Positions 17,992 through 27,724 of a DNA stretch of 64,000 nt are shown in pieces. This DNA is from a virus. Under the pieces are notes generated by a model, which worked only from the letters and a program-made list of their open reading frames with translations, searched no databases and had not been told where the DNA came from. The stretch is from positions 32,001 through 96,000 of IMG/VR virus record IMGVR_UViG_3300021963_000034; one strand, given 5' to 3'. The translations under genes were made by a program, and so were the position numbers. Positions within the stretch are counted from its first letter, which is position 1, and each line of letters starts with the position of its first letter.

Positions 17992-18711
17992 ATGCCTTTA
18001 CCTAAGATCTCTACGCCAACTTATGAACTTGAGTTGCCATCTACAGGACAATTAATTAAGTATAGACCTTTTCTAGTAAGAGAAGAAAAACTTTTAGTTC
18101 TTGCTCTAGAATCTGAAGATACCAAACAGATTACCACAGCAATTAAAACTGTTATTAAAAATTGTATAGAAACAAAAAATGTTAAGGTAGAATTGTTACC
18201 TACATTTGATATTGAATTTATCTTTTTAAATATTAGAGGTAAGTCAGTCGGTGAAGAAATTGAGGTAAATATTATCTGCCCAGATGATGGTGAAACGACA
18301 GTACCTATTAAAATAAATGTAGATGATATTCGGGTTCAAAAAAATCCTGAGCATAGTAAGAGAATTAAAGTCGATAACTCTATCATGATGGAAATGCGGT
18401 ATCCATCTCTGGATCAATTTATTAAGAGTAACTTCGATTTCTCTGCAGATAATACAATGGATCAATCTTTTGAATTAATCTCTTCATGTATTGACAAAAT
18501 TTTTACAGAAGAAGAAGTATGGTCTGCCTCTGATGTAACCAAAAAAGAACTTATGGAATTCCTAGATCAAATGAATTCTAGTCAATTTAAAGAGATTGAG
18601 AAGTTCTTTGAAACAATGCCTAAACTTTCGCATACAATTAAGGTCACAAATCCAAATACTGAAATTGAAAGTGAAGTAGTTCTAGAAGGGTTATCAAGTT
18701 TTTTCGCATAG
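17992..18711 (+). CDS. gp26: Baseplate hub assembly chaperone gp26
   Basis: MPLPKISTPTYELELPS..YRPFLVREEK; FDIEFIFLNIRGKSVGE; LEGLSSFF. Confidence 0.93.
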   Translation: MPLPKISTPTYELELPSTGQLIKYRPFLVREEKLLVLALESEDTKQITTAIKTVIKNCIETKNVKVELLPTFDIEFIFLNIRGKSVGEEIEVNIICPDDGETTVPIKINVDDIRVQKNPEHSKRIKVDNSIMMEMRYPSLDQFIKSNFDFSADNTMDQSFELISSCIDKIFTEEEVWSASDVTKKELMEFLDQMNSSQFKEIEKFFETMPKLSHTIKVTNPNTEIESEVVLEGLSSFFA

Positions 18712-18713
18712 GT

Positions 18714-18884
18714 ATGTCCCATATGGACTTGGAAAATTATTTCAAACTAAATTTTTCCTTAATACAGTACCATAAATATTCATTAACAGAGATTGAAAAC
18801 TTGATACCTTGGGAAAGGGATGTATACGTTGGATTGTTAAAAAATCATCTGGAAGAAGAAGAACTTAAGCAACAACAACGATAA
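18714..18884 (+). CDS. gp51: Hub assembly catalyst gp51 (56 aa), probably reached by -1 frameshift from gp26
   Basis: MSHMDLENYFKLNFSLIQYHKYSLTEIENLIPWERDVYVGLL; below the ORF-track cut-off. Confidence 0.88.
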   Translation: MSHMDLENYFKLNFSLIQYHKYSLTEIENLIPWERDVYVGLLKNHLEEEELKQQQR

Positions 18885-21374
18885 ATGAACTCAGTATCCG
18901 AAAAAATAGATGAAAGAATTCTGAGGTTACTGGGACTTCAATATACGTTTGACCTTGATTATGATACCTACTTAACTCTCATTAGGGAGGCAATGGTTTC
19001 TGGCGCAGGCAAATTACCACAAGAGGAACTTGCTCTCCTTGCAAATGAAAGAAAGAGAGTAAGAGGAAAGAAGGGTAGATTTAAACCAAAGAAGCAAAAA
19101 ATAACTGCAGGAAAATTTGCAACTACTAAGTTTCTAAAACCAACTGTTCAACCAGTATCTACCCCACTCCTGTCTGGATCAGTTGAACCACAAACTCAGT
19201 TAGTTAATTTATCGCCACTCCAAGGTCCTATTGAATCTATAAAGAAAACATTATCATCTTTCTTTGATTTTAGAAAAGATGCTGGTGAACAGGAGAGAAG
19301 AGACTACGAATTTCAAAAAAGATCTAAAAGAGAGGAGGGTCTTGAGGGCATAAAGAAGGGGATGGGTGCAGTCTCCGATGCCGTACAGAAATTTATTTCT
19401 CCTTTTCAGGGTATTATTGATAGAATTTGGAGATTTATTTACTTTACTTTATTGGGTAGAGCATTTACTCAACTTGTAAATTGGTTTGGTGATTCTAAAA
19501 ATAAAAAGAAGGTTGAAGTTTTAAAGAGATTTTTGAAGGATTGGTGGCCCTCTCTTCTTGCAGCGGCAGGATTCTTTTTTACTCCATTTGGAAAATTTGT
19601 TAGAGGGATTTTATCAATTGTTGGTGGATTAACTGGTAGATTAATATCGTTAATACCAAGAATTTCTGGTGCAGTAAAGGGACTTAGTAGAGTTTTACTT
19701 AATCCTTGGGTTGCTGTTCCTGCAGCAGCAGTTGGATTAGCAGCCGCTGCAAATGAAGTTACTGGACAAAGAAAAGCAGCAGGAGTACAAGCAGAGAACA
19801 AAGCAAGAGCACAGACTGGAAAGGGTCTAGGTGTTCAGGGAACTGACACTATGACAGATAAAGTTCCTAGTGTTGGTAACATGGGTGCTACAACACCTTA
19901 TGGACTCTTACAACAAGCTGCCCGTGGCGGTTCTGTGATGGATGGGTATTATGGTATTGATCATAGTACTGGACAAAGGATATCTGGATTTGGTCCTGAC
20001 ACACAATTAATCGCTGCACAACCTGGTGAAGTTGTTATTAATAAGAAAACTGTAGATGCTGTTGGTGCAGATACATTTTTAAGTTTAAATCATTACTATG
20101 GCGGTAGTGGTGCAAATCAACCTAAGTTTGGTAGATTATTTAATACTGGTGGAATTGTTGGTGGATTATCCCGTGGTGTTACAAAATTAGCAACTCCAAT
20201 CGAGAGAGCTATTAACTTTGCATTTCCGGTGGGAGGAAGAAAACCAACAACTAAAGGGCTTCGTGGCGCTCCTCTTAAAAGAATTATGCATGGCACCTCA
20301 TTTGGAGCACCTGAGTCTATTCGTGCTACAGGATTTAGAGAACAAATGGGAATGCTGGGGAAAGGTGTTTACGGTAGCGTAAAAGGTTGGGTTTCTGATA
20401 CTTATAGAGGTGCTGGTAAATTTAAAGGAATTTTACCTGGACAAGGACCAAGATTGGATATGTTAGTTCCTCAAGGAGCAAGAACATTAAGAGGTGCTAC
20501 AGTTGTTTCTGCCAGACAAGCAAATAGAGGTCTAAGAATTGCTGAAGGTATTATGAGTGGGAGGTATACTGGTGCTAAGGCAAGGTCATTAATGCCACTA
20601 TTGACTAGACAGACACCATCTATGGGTCGTGTATTAACAACAAGTGCTGCCAGACTTGGTGGTAGATTTGTTGGCGCTCTAAATGCGCCGATAATTGGAG
20701 ACATGCTTGACCCTGCAGGTACTGCAATGTACGATCAACTTAGCGGTCCTTATGCATATTACAATGCACCTGGATATAGAGGACCAAAACCACTAAGAAG
20801 GCAAGGTGGTGGAGAGATATCTGGATCAATAACTCCTGAAGAGGGAATGCGTGGATACCAGATGGCTTTAAAGAAAAAAGAACTTCCTGACTGGATAATA
20901 ACTGAATTAGGGAGAGAGATATGGGATGCTAAGTATGGTCCTGCTGCTAGAGGTGGTGCTGCTTTGAAAAAATACTATGGTGGTGGATTAGTTAAAGAAA
21001 ATACTGGAATGAATATTCGTGGTGCAACTGCTGATAGACAAATGACTGCACTTCAACCTGGTGAATATGTTTTACCTGTTGACACAGTTTCTCGTCTTGG
21101 AACTTCTTTGATTGATAAACTTGTAGCATTTACTGACAGCAATTCAAACCCCGCAAAATTAGGTAAGAAAAATATCAATAGACCAAATATTACTCCACTA
21201 TCCAATGGTGGAGGGAGTGGAGTGATTACTCTTCCGCCAATTACACAATCAACCTCTGGAGGATCTGCAGGTTCTCGTGGTGCTGGATCAAGAGTTCCTC
21301 CATTTCCTGCGACTTCTCCAACTGCTATTGAAGTAAGATCTATGAATGCTAGTATCTATGGGATTGTAGGATAA
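18885..21374 (+). CDS. Tape-measure-like / hub protein with an internal ART-like domain
   Basis: Helical Ala/Gly-rich and hydrophobic segments; two xGGxV..D...QPGE.V modules; follows gp26/gp51. Confidence 0.7.
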   Translation: MNSVSEKIDERILRLLGLQYTFDLDYDTYLTLIREAMVSGAGKLPQEELALLANERKRVRGKKGRFKPKKQKITAGKFATTKFLKPTVQPVSTPLLSGSVEPQTQLVNLSPLQGPIESIKKTLSSFFDFRKDAGEQERRDYEFQKRSKREEGLEGIKKGMGAVSDAVQKFISPFQGIIDRIWRFIYFTLLGRAFTQLVNWFGDSKNKKKVEVLKRFLKDWWPSLLAAAGFFFTPFGKFVRGILSIVGGLTGRLISLIPRISGAVKGLSRVLLNPWVAVPAAAVGLAAAANEVTGQRKAAGVQAENKARAQTGKGLGVQGTDTMTDKVPSVGNMGATTPYGLLQQAARGGSVMDGYYGIDHSTGQRISGFGPDTQLIAAQPGEVVINKKTVDAVGADTFLSLNHYYGGSGANQPKFGRLFNTGGIVGGLSRGVTKLATPIERAINFAFPVGGRKPTTKGLRGAPLKRIMHGTSFGAPESIRATGFREQMGMLGKGVYGSVKGWVSDTYRGAGKFKGILPGQGPRLDMLVPQGARTLRGATVVSARQANRGLRIAEGIMSGRYTGAKARSLMPLLTRQTPSMGRVLTTSAARLGGRFVGALNAPIIGDMLDPAGTAMYDQLSGPYAYYNAPGYRGPKPLRRQGGGEISGSITPEEGMRGYQMALKKKELPDWIITELGREIWDAKYGPAARGGAALKKYYGGGLVKENTGMNIRGATADRQMTALQPGEYVLPVDTVSRLGTSLIDKLVAFTDSNSNPAKLGKKNINRPNITPLSNGGGSGVITLPPITQSTSGGSAGSRGAGSRVPPFPATSPTAIEVRSMNASIYGIVG

Positions 21375-24300
21375 TGGCAATTAACACTCAAAAGTTTTTA
21401 CCATCAGCAAAAACTACTGCAATTGCTAAGATTGGTGGATCAAATGCATCATCAAGTATTGTAGGTAAAAAAAGTATAAGTGCCGGTAAATTAATGGCAC
21501 TATCTCAAAAACGCAATGATGAAAGTGTTGATATTGTAAAAAGATCTTTAATTGATGTTGATTCCCTTTTAAGATCTGTTTTAAGTGAAGACAGAAAAAC
21601 AGAAACTGTAAAAAATGTAAGAAAGCAACAAGAAGAAAGTCAAGAAAGAGAGACTAAATTAGAAACTCCTAAAGAATCTAAGAAGTTTAACTTGCCAAAA
21701 GTTTCTCTTCCCGGAATGAGTTTTCTTGATAGAATAAAAAGATTTTTATTTTTCACTGGACTTGGGTGGTTATTTACAAGATTTCAAGAACAACTACCAA
21801 AGTTAACTGCCATTGTTAAAATTATTACTCCAATTTATGGAGTTGTTGAAAATATATTCAAATTCATTTTAGAGTCTGTTGTTAATTTTATAGATCGAGG
21901 ATATCAAACTTATGACAAAATAAGATCTATAGTAAAGAGTGTTGGTGGAGAAAAGGCACAGCAAGACTTTGATAAACTTTCTAGTAAATTAAATGAATAC
22001 ATTAACTATGTTTTTATTGGAGGAATGGCACTCACTGGTGCTATTACAACCTTTACTAAAAATGCAAAAAATTATAAACCACCTAAACCACCAACTCCAA
22101 CTCCACCAAGAGGTCCATTACAGAGAGTAGTTAGACCTGCTCAAGCAGCAGCAATAAAGGCATCTAGAGCAGCTATAGGAAAGCAAGCAACACGTCAATT
22201 ATTGAAACTTGCAAAAGGTCCATTATCAAGACTTCCTATTCTTGGTGGGTTAATTGAATTTGGACTTTCTTGGGCTCTTGGAGATCCTGTAGGTAAAGCA
22301 GCATTTAGAGGAGTTGGAACTTTACTTCTTGGTGCTGTTGGTTCTTTAATTATGCCCGGGTTTGGAACGTTTATTGGTGGTTGGGCTGGCGCAGAACTTG
22401 CTGGAAAATTGTATGAGGTTCTTTTTGAGAATAAAAAACCAGGAGCAACTGTTCAAACTCAAAGACATGGTGGAAAGATTAAACGTTATGCCAAAGGTGG
22501 TCAAGTTCTTGGTTCTAAGGGTAGAACTTTAACAATTCAAAAATCTAAGAAACCATATGTTGCACCACAATCAACTCAACCTGGTAAGGATGTAGGTGGA
22601 AAGAAAAAGATAGAATACTTATATCCAAATCCATCTGGTGGAACATTTTTTAGCAAAAAATTAACTTTAGATGAGTGGTTAAGAACCGGTAGTGGTGGTA
22701 CTTATGAAGACTATTTAAAGGAATATGACAATAGAAAAACTAAACCCAATGCATACAAAGCATTGACTGGTGTTGCTGAAATTTTAAAGGATATTCCTTT
22801 TGGAATTGGTTCTTTGATGGGTGGAGCAGTTGATGTTGCATTGGGTCAAAAATTAGACAGAGGGACTTTGAAAGGTATAAGTTATGGTCTTGAAAATCTT
22901 TTTAGTTCTTTTAGGGCAATATCTGAAAAATCTACACAAGGACTTTATGGTGTTCAGAAAGAAATTTCTACAATGCAGACTGGCGGAGTTATTGGTAGAA
23001 CTTCTGGTATGGGTTCAGTTGAGGTTGACCCCTTAAAAATTATTGGCGTAAGTATAAAGCAAAAAGTTGATGAGGCACTTAGAGAGGTTCAGAAACAAAT
23101 CTCCTTAAAAAAAGAAGAGAAAAAAATCACTCCTGGCGGAGAAACAGGACCATCTGCTCCACCACAAAGAGGGCCTGGAGGTGGAGGTGGAGGTGGACCA
23201 TCTCCAACTGGAGAAAATGGAAGATTGTCAGAATCTGTTCTTAAATCTGTTGGTCAGGGAAGATGTCGTGGTGGATGTAGATTATGGACTCCTGCGGCTA
23301 ATGCCTATTTAAAAATGAAAGCAGATGCTGCAAAAGATAAAATTAATTTTCAATTGGAAAGTGCTTATAGAAGTTATGAACACCAGGCAGAACTTCGTAA
23401 AGATTATGAAGAGGGTAGAGGTCCATTAGCAGCTCTTCCAGGAAAATCGGATCACGGTTTAGGAAAAGCAATTGATTTATATCCAGAAGCGGCGCAAGAT
23501 TGGGTTAGAGCGAACGGAAGAAAATACGGTTGGTATTGGCCTCCAGAAACTGGAGAACCTTGGCACTTTGTTTATGTTGGTGGAGGAAGACTTGAACCAC
23601 AAAAACAACAAACACCAATACCAAAACAACAACCGCAAATACCAGATAATCAAAATTATGGAGTAAAAGATGGTGAGCAAAAAAGAGTCAAATATAATAA
23701 TCAAAACTATGTGATTGCCAGAGACAAAGGTAGGTGGAGAATTTATAAGGTAAATCCAACAACTGGATTACTCGAAGAAGTTGACAGAACAGATCAAAGA
23801 TTCTTAAAGGTGCTTGAAGAGTATAGAAAAACTCAGTCTCCAACTTCGCCCAAACCTTCAGGACAACAACCAAAAGCAAAGAAATCTGGACAAGCTTCTT
23901 GGTATGGTCCTGGATTTCAAGGAGGGAGAACAGCGAGTGGTGAAGTTTATGATATGAATAAATTTACTGCAGCAAGTCCTACTTTGCCATTTGGTACTAA
24001 AGTTACAGTTACTAATAAGGCAAATGGTAAGAGCGTTGTTGTTACAATTAATGATAGAGGTCCATTTGAACCAGATTTAGTTACTCCTCATAGAACAAGG
24101 GTTATCGATCTATCAAAAGCAGCGATGGATAAACTTGGTGGTCTTGGATCTGGTGTAATTAATGTTGATCTTAATTATCAAGGTGGTGGACTTATTCCAA
24201 AACAGTCTCCAAAGAATAGAACATCATCACTCTCAATGTATCCATCATATTCGGAAGGTGGTGTGCGAATTGCTATTCAACCTATGATTATTGAAAAAGT

Positions 24301-24400
24301 AGTTCCTGTTCCTACTCCTTCTGGTGGAAATAGATCAGTAACATTTCCTGTTTCTGCTGGGGTAAATAATAGTAACATGGAAAGTTTAAGTAGAGGATAA
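21374..24400 (+). CDS. Tape-measure-like virion protein with M15 peptidase and RlpA-like lytic transglycosylase domains
   Basis: SAYRSYEHQ..PGKSDHGLGKAIDL..EPWHFVY; ASWYGPGF.GGRTASGE..TLPFGT..INDRGPF..IDLS. Confidence 0.85.
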   Translation: MAINTQKFLPSAKTTAIAKIGGSNASSSIVGKKSISAGKLMALSQKRNDESVDIVKRSLIDVDSLLRSVLSEDRKTETVKNVRKQQEESQERETKLETPKESKKFNLPKVSLPGMSFLDRIKRFLFFTGLGWLFTRFQEQLPKLTAIVKIITPIYGVVENIFKFILESVVNFIDRGYQTYDKIRSIVKSVGGEKAQQDFDKLSSKLNEYINYVFIGGMALTGAITTFTKNAKNYKPPKPPTPTPPRGPLQRVVRPAQAAAIKASRAAIGKQATRQLLKLAKGPLSRLPILGGLIEFGLSWALGDPVGKAAFRGVGTLLLGAVGSLIMPGFGTFIGGWAGAELAGKLYEVLFENKKPGATVQTQRHGGKIKRYAKGGQVLGSKGRTLTIQKSKKPYVAPQSTQPGKDVGGKKKIEYLYPNPSGGTFFSKKLTLDEWLRTGSGGTYEDYLKEYDNRKTKPNAYKALTGVAEILKDIPFGIGSLMGGAVDVALGQKLDRGTLKGISYGLENLFSSFRAISEKSTQGLYGVQKEISTMQTGGVIGRTSGMGSVEVDPLKIIGVSIKQKVDEALREVQKQISLKKEEKKITPGGETGPSAPPQRGPGGGGGGGPSPTGENGRLSESVLKSVGQGRCRGGCRLWTPAANAYLKMKADAAKDKINFQLESAYRSYEHQAELRKDYEEGRGPLAALPGKSDHGLGKAIDLYPEAAQDWVRANGRKYGWYWPPETGEPWHFVYVGGGRLEPQKQQTPIPKQQPQIPDNQNYGVKDGEQKRVKYNNQNYVIARDKGRWRIYKVNPTTGLLEEVDRTDQRFLKVLEEYRKTQSPTSPKPSGQQPKAKKSGQASWYGPGFQGGRTASGEVYDMNKFTAASPTLPFGTKVTVTNKANGKSVVVTINDRGPFEPDLVTPHRTRVIDLSKAAMDKLGGLGSGVINVDLNYQGGGLIPKQSPKNRTSSLSMYPSYSEGGVRIAIQPMIIEKVVPVPTPSGGNRSVTFPVSAGVNNSNMESLSRG

Positions 24401-24401
24401 A

Positions 24402-25727
24402 ATGCCAGCAGCAAATTTTGCCGCTCAGGCGGGAGAAACTCAAATTAAAATGTTTGAATTTTATTCAAACTATGGTAAAACTGTTGATGTGTCGAGTGGT
24501 TGTATTGAATTAAATTATTATGAGAGCATTCTTGATAATACAATTAGAGCGACTGCAACTTTTGCTGATACTGGAAATAGAAGTTCTGGTGAAGGGTCTG
24601 CTTCTGTAGAAAAAGATGACTTAAATTTAACTGTTGGTGAAAAGGTAAATTTAAAAGTAATTGATGGAAATCGAACAAGCCTTGAATTTACTGGCAGCAA
24701 ACAACTAAGAATTAAAGAAACCCGTAATATTGATGAAAGCACTGATAAATTAACGTTTACTGTAGATCTATTTTCAAAAGAATCTATTGATAATGAAATG
24801 GAAGAATTTAGAGTAAAGAAAAGATATGATGGAAAAATTTCAGATACAGTAGATAAAATATTAAAACAGGTTTTGAAAACTTCCAAGAAAATAGAAATCG
24901 ATACAACTCTTAATTCTCTGAGTGTATTGCCTACGACAACTAAACCGTTTTATCAATGTACTTGGTTGGGCCCTAGATCAGTCCCTACCGTTCAAAATGC
25001 AAAAGGAAATCTTGCGGGATTTTTCTTTTATGAAACATATGATGGATTTAAATTTAAATCTATTGATAAACTTTTTGAACAAAAACCTAAGAAAAAACTT
25101 ATCTTTAATAATTTAATTGGAGAAGTTCCTAAGGAATATGATGCAAAAATATTAGACTATTCTTTCGATAGTACAATAGATTTAAAAAATGTTTTGCTTA
25201 CAGGATCTCAATTAAATTCTAAGATGAAAGCAGTCAATTCTTATGAGAGTGCCTATCGAGAAAGTTCATTTGATTCAAAGAAGCAATTTAACACATCTAA
25301 TAATGGTGGAAAAGAGCAACCATTAATTGCAAAAGATCTTGGAATTCAACAAAAAACATCTAGGATATCTTATAAATGGGATGATCCTGGTTTTCTTGTA
25401 GAAGGAAAGTCTCTAAAAGATCAACTTCCAAAATCAACGTATATTAATTACAGTAACGATGAAATCTTGAGACAATCTTACATGAGATATAATAATCTTT
25501 TTGTTATTAAACTTTCGGTTACTATTGCTGGAGATTTAAGTTTAAGAGCAGGTGATTTGGTTCATTGTGATTTTCCTGAGGTTTCATCTAAAAAGAATAC
25601 GATTGTCAGTCAGAAAAAAAGTGGTATATATATGATAGCAGATGTATGTCATCGCGTAACAAAAAACAGTTGTTATACAAGACTAAATTTGATAAGAGAA
25701 TCCATTGGCAGAAAACCATTTAAGTAA
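24402..25727 (+). CDS. Baseplate hub protein (gp27-like)
   Basis: YYESIL, FFFYETYDGFKFKSID, IAGDLSLRAGD, SGIYMI..CH. Confidence 0.75.
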   Translation: MPAANFAAQAGETQIKMFEFYSNYGKTVDVSSGCIELNYYESILDNTIRATATFADTGNRSSGEGSASVEKDDLNLTVGEKVNLKVIDGNRTSLEFTGSKQLRIKETRNIDESTDKLTFTVDLFSKESIDNEMEEFRVKKRYDGKISDTVDKILKQVLKTSKKIEIDTTLNSLSVLPTTTKPFYQCTWLGPRSVPTVQNAKGNLAGFFFYETYDGFKFKSIDKLFEQKPKKKLIFNNLIGEVPKEYDAKILDYSFDSTIDLKNVLLTGSQLNSKMKAVNSYESAYRESSFDSKKQFNTSNNGGKEQPLIAKDLGIQQKTSRISYKWDDPGFLVEGKSLKDQLPKSTYINYSNDEILRQSYMRYNNLFVIKLSVTIAGDLSLRAGDLVHCDFPEVSSKKNTIVSQKKSGIYMIADVCHRVTKNSCYTRLNLIRESIGRKPFK

Positions 25728-25728
25728 C

Positions 25729-25944
25729 ATGGACAGAACACTTCAACAACACATTAATGATGATAAAGATGAGATTGATAATCCTAATATCAGTGGCCAA
25801 CGTCGCCGCCACTTGGAGGATGAACTCGATCACTTAGAAAAATATCAGGTAAATCATCCAGATACTGATCATGATCCAACCGGATTTGAAATGTATTGCG
25901 ATGAACATCCAGATGCTCTAGGATGTAGAGTATACGAAGATTAA
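25729..25944 (+). CDS. cp12: CP12 Calvin-cycle inhibitor
   Basis: C-terminal FEMYCDEHPDALGCRVYED; N-terminal QRRRHLEDEL as in phage CP12. Confidence 0.92.
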   Translation: MDRTLQQHINDDKDEIDNPNISGQRRRHLEDELDHLEKYQVNHPDTDHDPTGFEMYCDEHPDALGCRVYED

Positions 25945-26636
25945 TGAATCCATACTCAGGAAACTTTGATTTAGCGACTGTATCTGCTTTACCTAGATGG
26001 TTTGGTAGAGTAGTCTCTAGTATTTCTTGGCAAGATAATATTGAAGCATCCCATTTTAATCCAAAAAATCAAAAAGGATGGGGTTATCGATATAGAGTAA
26101 GATATTTTGGGTTACATTCTAGTAATACTCAGGAAGTCCCTGATGATCAGTTACCGATGGCAAATGTTGTCATGCCAGTAACTGCTGGTTCTGGTCTTGG
26201 TGGATTTATTGATACTCCAACTATTTCTGCGGGGACAATTGTAACTGGTTTTTTCTTAGATGGAATGGGTGGCCAAGAACCTTATATTGATGGTATCTTA
26301 ATAAACTCAAATAATTCTGTTCCAAAATCTCAACCAAAAGATGAACTTGGTGGACTTCAACTTTTTAATGATACTTATAAAGGAACTAGTCCTCAAACGG
26401 GTGCTTTTGTTCCTGATTTTTTGCAGGCAATTAAACCAGTAAATAGACCTTCAAGTGCTAGTACTCAATATAAAGTAGCACAACAAAGTCCACTCACGAT
26501 TGATCAATTGAGAGCAAGAACTGCTGAAAGGGAAGCAGCAGGACCACAAGTTGGACAAAAAGTTACAGATGCCGAGACATTGAAACTCATAGAACAGGAG
26601 AGGGAGATTGGAAGAACCGGAAGATTTACTAGATAA
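25944..26636 (+). CDS. gp5: gp5 N-terminal OB-fold portion
   Basis: WFGRVV, GWGYRYRVRYFGLH, LPMANVVMPVTAGSG, VTGFFLDG..QEPYIDG. Confidence 0.85.
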   Translation: MNPYSGNFDLATVSALPRWFGRVVSSISWQDNIEASHFNPKNQKGWGYRYRVRYFGLHSSNTQEVPDDQLPMANVVMPVTAGSGLGGFIDTPTISAGTIVTGFFLDGMGGQEPYIDGILINSNNSVPKSQPKDELGGLQLFNDTYKGTSPQTGAFVPDFLQAIKPVNRPSSASTQYKVAQQSPLTIDQLRARTAEREAAGPQVGQKVTDAETLKLIEQEREIGRTGRFTR

Positions 26637-26649
26637 TAATAAGGAGTAG

Positions 26650-27723
26650 TTGAAAAAAATGACAGCGATCACCGCAGGTTCACCATCTACAAGCACCATA
26701 ATTCAATCTGCTGTAGATAAAGCAAGGACAGTTGACTTTACTGAAATTACTAAAGCGGCATGGTCTCAAGATTTTGACTTGAAAAGGGTTTTAGATATTC
26801 AGAGCCCTTGTAAGTCTGATAATAGTTCTATGAAAGGAATTCAAAGAGTTATTAAAAATCTTCAGAATGATCTTGAGAGAATTAAAAGATTTTCAAATGT
26901 CAATTCTGCTTTTGATGCATTAACTAAAGAAGATGTTGAACCTTGGAAATCTATTAAAAAACTTATAAATTTTTCCGCAGATGACATTGCAAGTTATGTA
27001 AAAAATATATTGGGCGGAGTTCGTGGTTGGGTGATGACCACTATACAAAATAAAGTTAAAGAAAAATTACCATTTCTTTTTCCTGGCGAAATGCCATCAT
27101 TCATTGATAAGTTGAATAAAGGATTGAATGGAATTTCTTGTGCCTTTGCCAAGATTGTGAGAGGTCTTGCAAAAACTGTGGGAAATTTGCTTCTTCAAAT
27201 GTTGGATAAATTTATTAACGGTCCAATGTGTTTGGTTGAAAATTTTATTAATAATTTACTTAAGAAAATTTTAGGACCTATAGAATCTGCAATAAAAACT
27301 GCCTTGGGAATAATCGACAAAGCACTTTCCGCTGTTCAAAATCTAGCAGGCAGTTTGTTCAACTTACTAGACTTTATTACAGGTATTCTCAACTTTTTTA
27401 AATGTGATGATGATAAAGCATGTCCATCAGTTCAGGAGATAACATTGTCTGGTGCTGGGCAAAATAATCCTCAAGGTGGAGATGCTGTTGGTCCAAATTC
27501 TTCTTCATCAAGTTCTTCTCCTTTAGATGGTGGAATTACTCCTACTGGACAGTTTACTTCTGGCGTTGCGCAAGGAGATTCGTCTTCTACCCAAGATGCT
27601 AGAACATCATCTCCTAGCGGATCTACTAATTCTAATATTGATAAAACCTTTGGGACAAGTCAAGAAGCAAAAGATTTACTTGCTGGTAAAAAAGTTGACG
27701 GACTTTCTTTTGAGTTGAATTAA
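26650..27723 (+). CDS. Baseplate hub / gp5-associated helical protein
   Basis: AAGGAG RBS; amphipathic helices with Cys motifs. Confidence 0.65.
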   Translation: MKKMTAITAGSPSTSTIIQSAVDKARTVDFTEITKAAWSQDFDLKRVLDIQSPCKSDNSSMKGIQRVIKNLQNDLERIKRFSNVNSAFDALTKEDVEPWKSIKKLINFSADDIASYVKNILGGVRGWVMTTIQNKVKEKLPFLFPGEMPSFIDKLNKGLNGISCAFAKIVRGLAKTVGNLLLQMLDKFINGPMCLVENFINNLLKKILGPIESAIKTALGIIDKALSAVQNLAGSLFNLLDFITGILNFFKCDDDKACPSVQEITLSGAGQNNPQGGDAVGPNSSSSSSSPLDGGITPTGQFTSGVAQGDSSSTQDARTSSPSGSTNSNIDKTFGTSQEAKDLLAGKKVDGLSFELN

Positions 27724-27724
27724 T

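Noticed and set aside
25729-25944. cp12 inside the baseplate cluster as a novelty
   Set aside because: CP12 is a well-known cyanophage auxiliary gene; position alone is not evidence of a new role
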